This document shows, piece after piece, positions 43,213-53,237 of a DNA stretch of 64,000 nt. The stretch's first letter is position 1. Every line of letters starts with the position of its first letter. The notes below the pieces were generated by a model that saw only the letters and a program-made list of their open reading frames with translations, was not told where the DNA came from and did no database searches. The position numbers were made by a program, and so were the translations under genes. The stretch is from a bacterium (GTDB lineage Bacteria; UBA8248; JACPRG01; G963555815). The DNA lies in assembly GCA_965261595.1 (NCBI GenBank), contig CBDHDG010000006.1, positions 160,001 through 224,000 of the forward strand, written 5' to 3'.

Positions 43213-43478
43213 ACGTGAACCGCGCCGTAGTCCTCCTCGATGTCCTCGACGTTGCCCTCCGCTTGGCCCTTTGTCGCCACCCCCAGCCAGTAGGGCACGT
43301 CTTCGGGCGTCAGGCTGCCTTCCTCGACGGCCTTCCGGAAGATTTCCTTCCAGGACAAGGGCGGGGTCTCCCCTTCGCCGAGCCTTCCGAGATCGGCGGC
43401 CTCGCGCTTGTAGATCTCAAGGTGCAGGGCGTTGGACACCCAAGCCTGTATGGACTCGATGGCGACAATCCGGGCCAT
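43209..43478 (-). CDS. Hypothetical protein (89 aa)
   Basis: GGAGG RBS upstream of ATG 43478; starts 26 nt after the ferritin-like gene stop. Confidence 0.65.
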   Translation of the reverse strand: MARIVAIESIQAWVSNALHLEIYKREAADLGRLGEGETPPLSWKEIFRKAVEEGSLTPEDVPYWLGVATKGQAEGNVEDIEEDYGAVHV

Positions 43479-43504
43479 CTCTTTCGACCTCCCCCCCCTG
43501 GGAA

Positions 43505-44191
43505 TCAGGTGGTCACGGAATGCGTTTTTTCCATGGAGTTGATCTTCCGGTACACGCCCTCGGTGTAGTTCCAATGGGCGTCGAGGCCGACGCGGAAGTA
43601 TTCTTCCAGCTTCTTCTGGCGCTCCTCGGTGGTGGCGTATTTCTCGACCACCTGCTCTCCCAACCGGACGTGGAACCTCTCCTCGGGGACGATCTTATCG
43701 GCCACGCGCGCCAGGCTGTGCATGCCCAGCTCCCGCGCAAAGGCGCCGACCTTCTCCAGCATCCGCAGGGCCGTCCGCTCGCCCGCCGCGTTGTGCGCCG
43801 CGAAGTACCCGGCCGGGTCATCGATGCTGGGGTAATACTCGTAGAAGCAGGCCGTCATCTCCTCCACCGGGGTGTAGTCGTGAAGGGCGAAGTCCTCATC
43901 GAAAGCCTCCTTGAGCAGGGATTTGATGTCCTTGCAGTGGCGCGCCTCTTCCCACACCTGCCGGGCAACCTTGGTCTTGATGTCCAAGTCGAGGTCGGGA
44001 AACCGTTCGAGCAGCGTCGCGTGGACCCAGGAGCTGGCGTACTCGGCGCAGGCGAGCTGGCGGTAGGCCTCCCGCAGCCGGTCCCCGGATTCCTTGAACC
44101 ATTCGGAGTAAACGAACGTCCGCTGCGAGATGATCTCATCGTACACTTTTCGAAGGTGTTGGATGAATTCCTTGGGGGTCATTGCGGCCAT
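43505..44191 (-). CDS. Ferritin-like diiron protein (paralog 2, full ligand set)
   Basis: ACAEYAS, EEARH, GERTA and EERFH give the E, ExxH, E, ExxH pattern. Confidence 0.78.
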   Translation of the reverse strand: MAAMTPKEFIQHLRKVYDEIISQRTFVYSEWFKESGDRLREAYRQLACAEYASSWVHATLLERFPDLDLDIKTKVARQVWEEARHCKDIKSLLKEAFDEDFALHDYTPVEEMTACFYEYYPSIDDPAGYFAAHNAAGERTALRMLEKVGAFARELGMHSLARVADKIVPEERFHVRLGEQVVEKYATTEERQKKLEEYFRVGLDAHWNYTEGVYRKINSMEKTHSVTT

Positions 44192-44323
44192 GACGGGTTC
44201 TCCTGTGCGCTCACCTCTGAAATGCTGGATTCGGTTGATTGAGTCCAACCCCCGCTCGGGGGGGAGGGGGGGGATCATTTTGATTTATTGCAGTCAGGCC
44301 GGCCCGTCCACCGCGGACCCGCT

Positions 44324-44995
44324 TCAAGCTTCCATCGCGGCGATCTTCCGGTAGACGCCTTCGGTGTAGTTCCAGTGGGTCTCCAGGCCGTCCCGGAAGT
44401 ATTTCTCCAGCTTCGTCTGGTCTTCCTCGGTGACGGCGTACTTGGCCAGGATCTCCTCGCCGAGGCGGACGTGGAGCCGCTCTTCGGGGATGATCCGCTC
44501 CGCGAACCGGGCGAGGCTGTTGTTCCCGCCGGCCCGCGCAAACGCGGCGGCCTCCTCCAGCATATGGAGCGCCGTCCGCTCTCCGGCCGCATTGTGGGCC
44601 GCAAAGTAGCCGCCGGGGTCTTCGATGGCGCCGTAATGGGTGTAAAAACATTCGGTCAGCTCGGGGACGGGCTCGTACTGATCCACCTCGAAGTTCTCCC
44701 GGAAGGCCTCTTTGAGAAGGACCTTGACGTCTTTGCAGTGGCGGGCCTCTTCCCAGACTTGCCGGGCGATCCTGATTTTGCTGTCGATGTCGAGGACCCA
44801 CTCGAAGCGCGCCTGGGCCTTGGCGTGGACCTCCGTGCTGGCCCAGTAGGCGCACGCCAACTGCCGGTAGGCCTCCCGAAGCCGGTCGCCCTTTTCCTTG
44901 AACCACTCCGGGTAGACAAACCGGCGGTCGGAGACGGTCTCGGCGTACATCTCCCGTAGATGCTGAACGAAAGTCTTGGGGTCCATCGCCGCCAT
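44324..44995 (-). CDS. Ferritin-like diiron protein (paralog 3, first Glu ligand replaced)
   Basis: Collinear with paralog 2 but has ACAYWAS in place of ACAEYAS; EEARH, GERTA and EERLH are retained. Confidence 0.78.
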   Translation of the reverse strand: MAAMDPKTFVQHLREMYAETVSDRRFVYPEWFKEKGDRLREAYRQLACAYWASTEVHAKAQARFEWVLDIDSKIRIARQVWEEARHCKDVKVLLKEAFRENFEVDQYEPVPELTECFYTHYGAIEDPGGYFAAHNAAGERTALHMLEEAAAFARAGGNNSLARFAERIIPEERLHVRLGEEILAKYAVTEEDQTKLEKYFRDGLETHWNYTEGVYRKIAAMEA

Positions 44996-45246
44996 CGAAA
45001 TCGGTCTCCAAACCGCGAATCGTGAAAAGTAGAGTGGATTTTAGCAGAAAGGGCATGAGGAATGGAAGATCAGGGACCCAAACGGGACCATCACCGGGCC
45101 GGGCGCCGCTTCGCCCCGCCGGTCGGCTTTCTGTATAATCCCCGCGAAGACTCATCCGGGGACGGTCAAGACGCATCCTCACCGGGCGTGTATGTTCCCG
45201 CGCCCGGCTTCGCGCACGTCGGCAGCCGGGGACAAGGAGAAGAACC

Positions 45247-46245
45247 ATGACGAAGAGCGCGGTGAAGGAGGCCCCGCTGAGAGAGGGCGCCCTGTGGCCG
45301 GCTTTGCGGGAGTACTGGCACGCGGTCGCCTGGTCTGAAGAGGTGACCGGGGACAAAATTTTTTCCTTCACCCTCCTCGATGAAGAGATTGTGGTGTGCA
45401 GACCCGGGGACAAGCTGGCGGCGTTTTCCGACCTTTGCGTCCACCGCGGGACGCCCATCTCCTTGGGAACGATTGAAGGCGATAAAGTGGTGTGCTGTTA
45501 CCACGGCTGGGAGTACAACGCCGAGGGGAAGTGCACCCGCATTCCTTCCCTCCCGAGCAAGCATCCCATCCCCAAAAAGGCCTGCCTCAAGACGTATCAG
45601 GCCCGGGATCGGTACGGCCTGGTGTGGGTGTGCATGTCCGACACGCCCCGGGCGCCGATTCCGGAATGCCCGTTGTTTGAAGACCCGGACTACCGGGAGG
45701 TCTTCCGGAACCGCTGGATTTGGAAGGCCAGCGCCGCCAGGAGCGCTGAAAACTTCTTTGACCAGGCTCATTTCGCGTTCGTGCACGAGGGGATCCTGGG
45801 CAGCCGCGACAAGCCGGAGGTGTCGGACGCGACCATTGAAAGGGACGGGGAGGCGCTCAATTTTTGGGTCGATGTCCCGGCCGACAAGACGCACGCGGTC
45901 CCCTACGTCCGGAATTACCGCGTCTTCCGCCCCTTCACCACCTATCAGAAAAAAGAAGTGCCCGATGGCGGAATCGAGAGTTACATGAACATCTGCACGC
46001 CCAACTCGGCCGATCGGACAACCCGCTTCATGATGATCGTCCGCAACTTCAACCCGGAAGAGGGCGAAGCGAAGTCGATTGAAAATTTCAGCAATCTTGT
46101 CACGGAGCAGGATCGGGTGATCGTCGAGCGGCAGCGGCCCGAGGAGCTGCCCCTGGATCTTTCCGAGGAACTCCATTTGAAGGGGCCGGACGGCATCGCG
46201 ATCGCTTATCGCCGGTTTCTGAAAGAGCTGGGGGTCGGGGGCTGA
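45247..46245 (+). CDS. Rieske non-heme iron oxygenase alpha subunit (VanA/Ndm-like demethylase group)
   Basis: CVHRG...CCYHGW Rieske motif; ENFFDQAHFAFVH and QD mononuclear-iron motifs. Confidence 0.9.
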   Translation: MTKSAVKEAPLREGALWPALREYWHAVAWSEEVTGDKIFSFTLLDEEIVVCRPGDKLAAFSDLCVHRGTPISLGTIEGDKVVCCYHGWEYNAEGKCTRIPSLPSKHPIPKKACLKTYQARDRYGLVWVCMSDTPRAPIPECPLFEDPDYREVFRNRWIWKASAARSAENFFDQAHFAFVHEGILGSRDKPEVSDATIERDGEALNFWVDVPADKTHAVPYVRNYRVFRPFTTYQKKEVPDGGIESYMNICTPNSADRTTRFMMIVRNFNPEEGEAKSIENFSNLVTEQDRVIVERQRPEELPLDLSEELHLKGPDGIAIAYRRFLKELGVGG

Positions 46246-46345
46246 TGGGCCGTCCCCTTTCCCGGACGGCGGCCAGCCAACAAAGCCATCGCCGCCGGCC
46301 CGCCAACCGACAATTCAAGACTCAACCCCTTTTCATGCATTTGGG

Positions 46346-47875
46346 ATGGAGATCCCCACTTACATGGCGGACGATTACGACGTCATCGTGATTGGCGGCG
46401 GTTCGGCGGGTTGTGTAGCCGCCGCGCGGCTCTCAGAGGACCCCGCCCGGAAAGTCCTCCTGCTCGAGCGGGCGCCGGACCCCCGACCCCTGCCCGAAAT
46501 GGTCGCGGAGGCCGATCAGGCGGGCCGGCTTTTGCTGGAATCGCCCTACCTGGAGCTTTTGCCGACGGCCCGGAACCTGGACGGGAGCGTCTTTCAGTCG
46601 CTGGCCGGAAGGTTGATGGGGGGCGGCTCCTCGGTGAACATGATGGAGCTGCTCCGGCCGCTCCCGCATGATTTCGGGGTCTGGACGGACCGGGGCGTCT
46701 CGGGTTGGACCTGGGAGGACGTCCTCCCGGTCTTCAAGCGCGTCGAGTCGGACCAGGATTTTCCCGACAGCCCGCACCACGGGGATTCCGGGCCGCTCTA
46801 CGTCAAGCGGCGTCTCAGTTTCGACCGGCCGATGGAGGGCCTGGAAGCGGCGCTGACCGAGACCGCCCGGCTGATCGGCCTCCCGCAATGCCCCGACCAG
46901 AACGTCCCGAACCCTTACGGCGTCTCGGTCTCCGCGCGCTGTGTCAAAGACGGGAAGCGGCAATCGGCGGTGGTCGCTTATCTCGATCCCGCCCGGTCCA
47001 GGCCGAATCTGACGATCATCGCGGAGGCGACGGTCCACGCCCTGGAGGTCAAGGACCGCCGCGTCACGGCGGTACGGTATGAGAAGGACGGCGGAATCGA
47101 GACGGTCTCGGGAGAGCAGGTCGTCCTGAGCGCGGGCGTGTACCACTCGCCCAAGCTTCTGATCCTGTCGGGCATCGGGCCGCCCGCGGAGATCGAGCGC
47201 CACGGAATCCGCGTGGTCCACGCCCTGGACGGGGTCGGTGAAAACCTTCAGGACCACGCGGTTGTCTATCTGTCGTATGAAGGGGCCAAGCCGCACCGTG
47301 AAGACTGGACGATCCCGGGCGTCATGCTGAATCTGAAAAGCGATCCGGCCCTGGCGTATTCCAACTTTCAGGTCAATATCAGGGCCCCCGTCCAGTTGGA
47401 GGGGCTGGGGCAGATCAACGCGCTCGCGGTCCGCCTGCTCGAGCAGCGAACGCCGGGCCGCGTATTCCCGAAGAACACGGACCCCCACGAGATCCCGGAC
47501 ATCGATCCCGGGATGCTGGAACATCCGGACGACATCGACGCCATGGTCTCGATGATGAAGTTCGCGGACGAGCTGGCGAAAACCGAGCCGATGCGAGCGT
47601 TTTACGGGCCGCTGTTCCAGCCGGGGCCGGGGGAGGATTGGGCGACGTATGCCCGAACAACGTACAACAGCTTTCATCACGGGGTGGGGACCTGCATGAT
47701 GGGACCGGGCGCCGACCCCAAGGCCGTCGTGGACGATCGGCTTCGCGTCCACGGGGTGGAAAACCTCCGGGTCGCCGACGCTTCGATCATGCCGATCATC
47801 CCGCACTCCCCGACGAACAACTTTTCCCTGATGATCGGCGAGCGCCTCGCGGATTTCATCCGGGAGGATTCATAG
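46346..47875 (+). CDS. GMC family FAD oxidoreductase
   Basis: IGGGSAG, GRLMGGGSSVN, GENLQDH, HGVGTCMMG and VADASIMP motifs. Confidence 0.92.
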   Translation: MEIPTYMADDYDVIVIGGGSAGCVAAARLSEDPARKVLLLERAPDPRPLPEMVAEADQAGRLLLESPYLELLPTARNLDGSVFQSLAGRLMGGGSSVNMMELLRPLPHDFGVWTDRGVSGWTWEDVLPVFKRVESDQDFPDSPHHGDSGPLYVKRRLSFDRPMEGLEAALTETARLIGLPQCPDQNVPNPYGVSVSARCVKDGKRQSAVVAYLDPARSRPNLTIIAEATVHALEVKDRRVTAVRYEKDGGIETVSGEQVVLSAGVYHSPKLLILSGIGPPAEIERHGIRVVHALDGVGENLQDHAVVYLSYEGAKPHREDWTIPGVMLNLKSDPALAYSNFQVNIRAPVQLEGLGQINALAVRLLEQRTPGRVFPKNTDPHEIPDIDPGMLEHPDDIDAMVSMMKFADELAKTEPMRAFYGPLFQPGPGEDWATYARTTYNSFHHGVGTCMMGPGADPKAVVDDRLRVHGVENLRVADASIMPIIPHSPTNNFSLMIGERLADFIREDS

Positions 47876-48779
47876 GGCCGCCGTCCTCATCGAGCGGCTC
47901 GGAATCCAGATGGGCCTGGAACGTCCTCAAGACAATCGGCATCAAACCCCCTTCAGGGAGGCCGAGCCCGGCGAACACCCGGCGGCCGATCTCTTCTACG
48001 CTCGGACGGCCGGCCGGCTCGCGAACCGCTTGGCGCACCAGCCGGTCGATACGCCGGATGTAGGTTTCGCCTTCGTCGATTTGCGCGGCGATCTCCGCTT
48101 TGCCGCGCGCCACCCGCGGGCTCATCGCCGACAGCAGAAAGTCCGCCCCTTCGACCACGCGAAGTTTATCGAGGCTCTTCAGGGTTTGGCCGACATCCTC
48201 GTAAATGGGCAGGGTTCCGGGCTCGGGCAATACGTCCCCGCAAATGAGGACCCCGTCCTTCGGAATGAACAATGAAACGCTTCCCGCCGAATGGCCCGGG
48301 GTATGGAGGACCCGGATCTCGACTCCGCCGCCCAGGTCGATCACATCGCCTTCGTTGATCTCTTCGTCAATCCCGACCGGTCCCGAGCACATCTCGTTCA
48401 TCTTGCCGACGGGCCGGACGCTCATTTGAAGGGCAATGTCCTCGATGCAGGGCCTGGCCGCCGGATGGGCGTAAAAGCGCGGGTTCGCCCGATCCTGAAA
48501 AACCCCGTTTCCCCCGATGTGATCGAAGTGGCAGTGGGTGTTGATGACGATGTCCACGTCTTCGGGACGAAGACCGCTCCCCTCGATGAAATCAAAGATG
48601 AAGGGGACGGCGGGCTCGACGGCCGTATCGATGACGGCCGGCCTTTCCCCCTCGATGATGTACGAGGTGACGAAACGCGGGATCTTTCCACCGCCCGGAA
48701 GCTCGATTTCGAATTCGGGCCACAATGCGTGAACGTTCGGCGTGATGAATTCAGGGTCTTTGGGCATCGGGCGCTCCAT
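47856..48779 (-). CDS. Metallo-beta-lactamase fold hydrolase
   Basis: THCHFDHIGG, TPGHS and ICGD motifs. Confidence 0.88.
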   Translation of the reverse strand: MERPMPKDPEFITPNVHALWPEFEIELPGGGKIPRFVTSYIIEGERPAVIDTAVEPAVPFIFDFIEGSGLRPEDVDIVINTHCHFDHIGGNGVFQDRANPRFYAHPAARPCIEDIALQMSVRPVGKMNEMCSGPVGIDEEINEGDVIDLGGGVEIRVLHTPGHSAGSVSLFIPKDGVLICGDVLPEPGTLPIYEDVGQTLKSLDKLRVVEGADFLLSAMSPRVARGKAEIAAQIDEGETYIRRIDRLVRQAVREPAGRPSVEEIGRRVFAGLGLPEGGLMPIVLRTFQAHLDSEPLDEDGGPMNPPG

Positions 48780-49095
48780 GGACCGGGATTTACCGGATGA
48801 CCGCCGTTGAGCCGAGCCGGGGTCTTCAGTCCATTTCGGAAACCCACCTTACCACCAGACGCCGGCCCTCTTCCCGGACCGCTTGAGCCTGTCGATGATT
48901 CCCCCCCCCTTTCTACATTTCTTGACGAATGACCGGGGCGGTGGTATTCGGTGTATCGAGCTTATCAACCCGTCAGGTGCGGCCATAAAGACGGCAAAAA
49001 AAGAGGTGCGGGAATTCCCGGCTCGCCTGCCGGAGGACGCCTCCAGCGGTCTCGGCTCCGTCGCCGTTTGCGCGGCTTTATCGGGGAGGAACAGG

Positions 49096-49809
49096 ATGAG
49101 CACTTATGTCTTGATCCATGGCGCTTGGCACGGAAGCTGGTGTTGGGACAAAGTCGCGCCGCTCCTGGAAGCGAAAGATCACAAGGCCATCGCCCCGGAC
49201 CTTCCGGGTCACGGCGCGGACAAGACGCCCATTTCGGAAATCACGTTGGATTCCTACGCGGCCCGGGTCTGCGAAGTCCTGGACGCACAGCCCGAACCCG
49301 TCATCCTGGTGGGTCACAGCATGGGCGGCGGCGTCATTACGCAGACAGCGGAGCACCGCCCCGGGCGGATCAAGACCCTGGTCTATCTTTGCGGGTTTCT
49401 CCCGCGAAACGGGGAGTCCATTCGTAGCTTGGCGCGGCAGGACCCGGATTCGGTCTCCGGCCGCAACCGCGTGATCGACGAAGATGGAGGTTTCTCAACG
49501 GTCAAGGAGGAGGCCTTGCGGGAAGCCTTTTATGCGGATTGCCCGGATGAGGACGTGGAGCGCGCTACGTCGCTCCGGGTCCCGGAGGCGCTTGCGCCGA
49601 GTCAGACGCCGGTCAAAACCACGGAAGGGAACTTCGGCCGGGTCCCTCGGATTTACATCCAATGCCTTCGCGACAGGTCTATTTCTCCGGCCCTTCAAAA
49701 ACGGATGTACGAGGCCCTTCCGTGCGAAAAGGTTCTCGACCTGGAGACCGGCCATTCTCCCTTCCTCTCCGCGCCCGAGGCATTGGCGGCCCACCTGACC
49801 TCGATATAG
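49096..49809 (+). CDS. Alpha/beta hydrolase (SABP2/methylesterase-like)
   Basis: LIHGAWHGSWCW, GHSMGG nucleophile, D and GHSPF; GGAGG upstream of ATG 49096. Confidence 0.88.
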   Translation: MSTYVLIHGAWHGSWCWDKVAPLLEAKDHKAIAPDLPGHGADKTPISEITLDSYAARVCEVLDAQPEPVILVGHSMGGGVITQTAEHRPGRIKTLVYLCGFLPRNGESIRSLARQDPDSVSGRNRVIDEDGGFSTVKEEALREAFYADCPDEDVERATSLRVPEALAPSQTPVKTTEGNFGRVPRIYIQCLRDRSISPALQKRMYEALPCEKVLDLETGHSPFLSAPEALAAHLTSI

Positions 49810-49883
49810 CCCTTGGCGGGGAGCGCCTTTATTTCCAACAGCCGGCCTGACCCGTTGGCCGGGGCGGAGAAGGAAAATACCCG

Positions 49884-50397
49884 ATGACAGAGAACGACAC
49901 GCTCGACGTTGTAGCGGGTCTCAATCGGCTCGGCCTCGTCCTGCCGGCGCCGATGAAGTTGCGGGAAGGGATGAGGCTCCCTTTTCCCTGGGTCCGGATG
50001 CGCGGAAACCGAATCTACGTTTCGGGTCACGGTCCCCAGAACCCGGACGGCACACTCGCGCATCCGCTTGGCAAGGTGGGAAAGGATGTAACGCCGGACC
50101 AGGGCTACGAAGCGGCCCGGCTCACGGCCCTGGCCGTGTTGGGGAGCCTGAGGCGTGAGTTGGGAGACCTGAACCGGGTGACCGCCTGGCTGAGGGTCCA
50201 CGGCATGGTCAACGTCGCCCCCCCCCGGCTTCAACCGGACCCCCGCGGTCATCAACGGCTTCTCCGACCTGATTTTGGAATTGTGGGGGCCCGACCGGGG
50301 CGCCCACGCCCGGTGCGCCGTCGGCCTGGCCGAACTGCCCGGCGACATCCCGGTGGAGATCGAGGCTGAGGTGGAGATTGAAAGGCAGGCGCCCTGA
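49884..50397 (+). pseudogene. RidA/YjgF-family protein with a frameshift in a C9 run
   Basis: YVSGHGP...GKVG...GMVNVA in the first frame; after the C run at 50218-50226, PAVINGFSDL...HARCAVGLAELPGDIPVEIE; the TGA overlaps the next ATG. Confidence 0.8.
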
Positions 50398-51755
50398 TGC
50401 GCACGCTCATCCGGGACGCGACGGCGATGACCGACCTCGACCGGGAGGAGGGGTGGTTCCCGGGCGGTTACCTTGTGATCGAGGACGGCTGGATCGCGCG
50501 CGTGGAAGAAGGGGCGCCGCCCGAAGAGGAATTCGACAGGGTGATCAGCGCCCGGGACTGCGTCGTCCTCTCCGGCCTGGTGAACACCCACCACCACTTT
50601 ATCCAGACGCTCAACCGCTGCTACCCGCCCGCGCTGAATTCCGGGCTCCGCCAATGGCTGGAGGCGCTCTACCCGGTCTGGGCGAAGTTCGAACCCGAAC
50701 ACGTTCACCTCGGAACGACGGTGGCCCTGGCCGAGCTATTGCTTTCGGGCTGCACGACGACTTGTGACCACCACTGCTTAGTCCCGCGGGGCGGCTCCGG
50801 CCACTTTGAGATTCAGGTCGAGGCCGCGCGTGAATTGGGGATGCGGTTTCACGTAAGCCGGGGGTCCACGACAATCGGGGAATCGAAGGGCGGCCTCGCG
50901 CTCGACGCGAATTGCGAGGAGGAGGACGACGTCCTGGCGGACTGCGAGGCGCTCCTCGCCCGGCATCACGATCCCGCTCGCGGCGCCATGACGCGCGTGG
51001 CGCTCTCACCCGTCTCTTTATTCGGTGTGAGCCGGGAACTGATGCGGCAATCCGCGGAGATGGCCCGCCGGCACGGCGTGCGCCTCCACACCCACCTCGC
51101 CGAGACCCTGGATGAGCAGATGTTCTGTGTCGAGACCTTCGGGATGCGCCCGGTGGACCTCCTGGAGGATTGCGGCTGGATGTCCTCCGATGTGTGGCTG
51201 GCCCACGGCATTCACTTCAACGATGACGAAGTCAAGCGGCTTGGAGAGGCCGGCGTGGGGGTTGCCCACTGTCCCTCGTCGAACATGCGGCTCGGCTCGG
51301 GCGTGGCCCGCGTCGGGGACCTCCGGGCGGCGGGCTCTCCCATCGGCGTGGGCGTGGACGGGAGCGCGTCGAACGATTCCTCCCACATGCTGGCCGAAGT
51401 CCGGCAGGCCCTGTTGCTCCAGCGCGTCATCCACGGGGCGGACGCGATGACCGTTCAGGAGGCGCTCCGGCTGGCGACCGCCGGGGGGGCGCGTTGCCTC
51501 GGCCGGGACGACGTGGGCGCCCTCAAGCCGGGCCTGTGCGCGGACGTGGCGATTTTCTCCCTGGAGGACATCGGATATTCCGGTGCCGGAGACCCCCTGG
51601 CCGCCATGCTCCTGTGCGCCCCGAGCCGCGTAAGAACCCTGTTGGTGAACGGCCGTGTGGTCGTGGAAGACGGTCAGTTGCTGACGTGCGACCTCACGAA
51701 GGTGCTTCCGGAGCATCGAAAGCGCGCAAAGGAATTGCAAGGTGTCGCCTTCTGA
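50397..51755 (+). CDS. 8-oxoguanine deaminase/AtzB-like amidohydrolase
   Basis: GLVNTHHH, HTHLAET, WLAHGIH, HCPSSNMRLGSG and GVDGSASND motifs. Confidence 0.88.
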   Translation: MRTLIRDATAMTDLDREEGWFPGGYLVIEDGWIARVEEGAPPEEEFDRVISARDCVVLSGLVNTHHHFIQTLNRCYPPALNSGLRQWLEALYPVWAKFEPEHVHLGTTVALAELLLSGCTTTCDHHCLVPRGGSGHFEIQVEAARELGMRFHVSRGSTTIGESKGGLALDANCEEEDDVLADCEALLARHHDPARGAMTRVALSPVSLFGVSRELMRQSAEMARRHGVRLHTHLAETLDEQMFCVETFGMRPVDLLEDCGWMSSDVWLAHGIHFNDDEVKRLGEAGVGVAHCPSSNMRLGSGVARVGDLRAAGSPIGVGVDGSASNDSSHMLAEVRQALLLQRVIHGADAMTVQEALRLATAGGARCLGRDDVGALKPGLCADVAIFSLEDIGYSGAGDPLAAMLLCAPSRVRTLLVNGRVVVEDGQLLTCDLTKVLPEHRKRAKELQGVAF

Positions 51756-51782
51756 GGGGAGTTCTTGGAAAACGGCCGGATT

Positions 51783-51818
51783 GATTCCAGGGATTCCAGG
51801 GATTCCAGGGATTCCAGG
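51783..51818. repeat. Tandem repeat (GATTCCAGG)x4
   Basis: Four exact 9-bp units adjoining the REP-like inverted repeat. Confidence 0.9.
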
Positions 51819-52174
51819 GACACCATACTTAATTCTTGCTATTTGGCTTGCGCATCTATGGTGTCGGTGCATGCCAAGAATCGCACGGGTCGTGGCGCCA
51901 GGCTTACCCGTCACTCAGAGGGGGTGATCGCGGGCAGGAGACCTTTTGGCGGCGACACGGTGCGTGGAGCTCATCCGGTACGGGCTTGAATGGTGAAGGA
52001 GCTCAGGGTTTATCCATGGAGCGGCGCATATCTCAGGCGGAGGCGACTATCTGGTGAGGGTCAAGCCTCTGCTGAAAGGGTCGGGAAAAGGCTTGAAGGG
52101 GGACTGAGTCGGGTTCTGGAACGGTGGAAGCCGGGGCGAAAAAGAGGGGATAAGCGGAATTAAGTATGGTGTCC
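51818..52174 (+). mobile_element. Internally deleted REP-associated tyrosine transposase (RAYT/Y1) remnant between 18-bp inverted repeats
   Basis: Perfect IR GGACACCATACTTAATTC at 51818-51835 and 52157-52174; ATG 51871 gives MPRIARVVAPGLP-VTQRG, the RAYT N-terminus lacking the usual His pair. Confidence 0.7.
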
Positions 52175-52318
52175 ACCCGATTCCCCCCCCCCCCCGATTC
52201 CCCCCCGATTCCCGTCTGGGCGGGCGAGACTTAACGGCAAGATGGCCGCAACGTCATATAAAGAGTAGAGCGTTGACCTCATCACTTCCCCTTCGGGTCC
52301 TCCAGCGCAGGAGAATTC

Positions 52319-52699
52319 ATGAACCGCCCCGACCTCGAAGGCGTGAAAAACCGCTTTCGCCTCTTCGTGACCACTTATGGGGAGGGTGGCCGCTCGGGAA
52401 CGGTGCCGGTCAATTTCCTGGTCCACGAGGGGCGCGTCTACTTCACGACGCGAAAGGCGAGCGTCAAGGCCCGGCGGATCCGAAAGGACCCACGCGTCAC
52501 CGTCCGCTTCGGCTCCCGCGACGCGAAACCTTTCGATGGGCGCGCCGCCTGGGTCGAGGACATGGCCCTTTATGACTTCATCCTCGCGCGCTGGCGGCGG
52601 AAGTACTGGTTCCTGTGGTGGGTGATGGGACGCGGCATCCGGTGCCGGAAGGAGAGCGGCGAAAGCACCGCCATCGAGATCACCTTCGAGGGCGGCTGA
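52319..52699 (+). CDS. Pyridoxamine 5'-phosphate oxidase-like (split beta-barrel) protein
   Basis: GRSGTVPVNF...VYFTT...VKARRIRKDPRVTV pattern; AGGAG RBS. Confidence 0.75.
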   Translation: MNRPDLEGVKNRFRLFVTTYGEGGRSGTVPVNFLVHEGRVYFTTRKASVKARRIRKDPRVTVRFGSRDAKPFDGRAAWVEDMALYDFILARWRRKYWFLWWVMGRGIRCRKESGESTAIEITFEGG

Positions 52700-52752
52700 G
52701 CCGGCGGGACCGGAAGGAATGCCGCCCGCGATTTCAAGGAAGAGAAACGTAG

Positions 52753-52859
52753 GAATTGTAGGGACACCACACGAATTATGGGGACACCGCACCTCGAATT
52801 ATGGGGATACCATACCTAACTATTGGCTTTTGAGAAATAAGTATGGTGTCCCCGCAATT
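52753..52859. repeat. Cluster of RAYT-type REP units (family C)
   Basis: Three GAATT..GGGA(C/T)ACC units followed by an inverted AAGTATGGTGTCCCCG; same core as the 51818/52174 IRs. Confidence 0.7.
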
Positions 52860-53188
52860 GGTCCCAAGAGGTGCCCGTTGAGTTTCTCAATTTCGTTCGG
52901 CCTGATCGGCTTGCCTTCCTTATGCCTATACGTAAGCGCAGCCCGCACCACTTCGAGAATCAACCTCTCGAAATGCCCACGACGATGCTCGAGCGTTCGT
53001 TGAAGAAGAGCGGTAATCATTGGGAGCTTGCTTCCAGGCTGCCAGAAGTCACCAATTCCAGCTTTTTCCGCAACGGTTTTGAATGACACGTGACCCTTCC
53101 ATCCCGGGCTACCAGAACCGGGAAGGAAATCGTAGAGCAGGTCAGCCATGTCGGCGATGGCTCGGGATTCTTTTAAGATCAGTGGCAT
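52820..53188 (-). pseudogene. Truncated N-terminal fragment, possibly of a restriction-endonuclease-like protein
   Basis: AT-richer ORF (LYDFLPGSG...KGHVSF...GSKLP) that runs into the REP cluster; the family assignment rests on recalled similarity only. Confidence 0.35.
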
Positions 53189-53237
53189 TTGAAGACCGAA
53201 GCCGGTTCCGTCGCCCAACGGTTGAGTTCAGGCACGC

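Noticed and set aside
52753..52859. Short repeats with spacers as a CRISPR array (also 62597-63133)
   Set aside because: The units are degenerate, irregularly spaced and partly inverted, and no cas genes are present.
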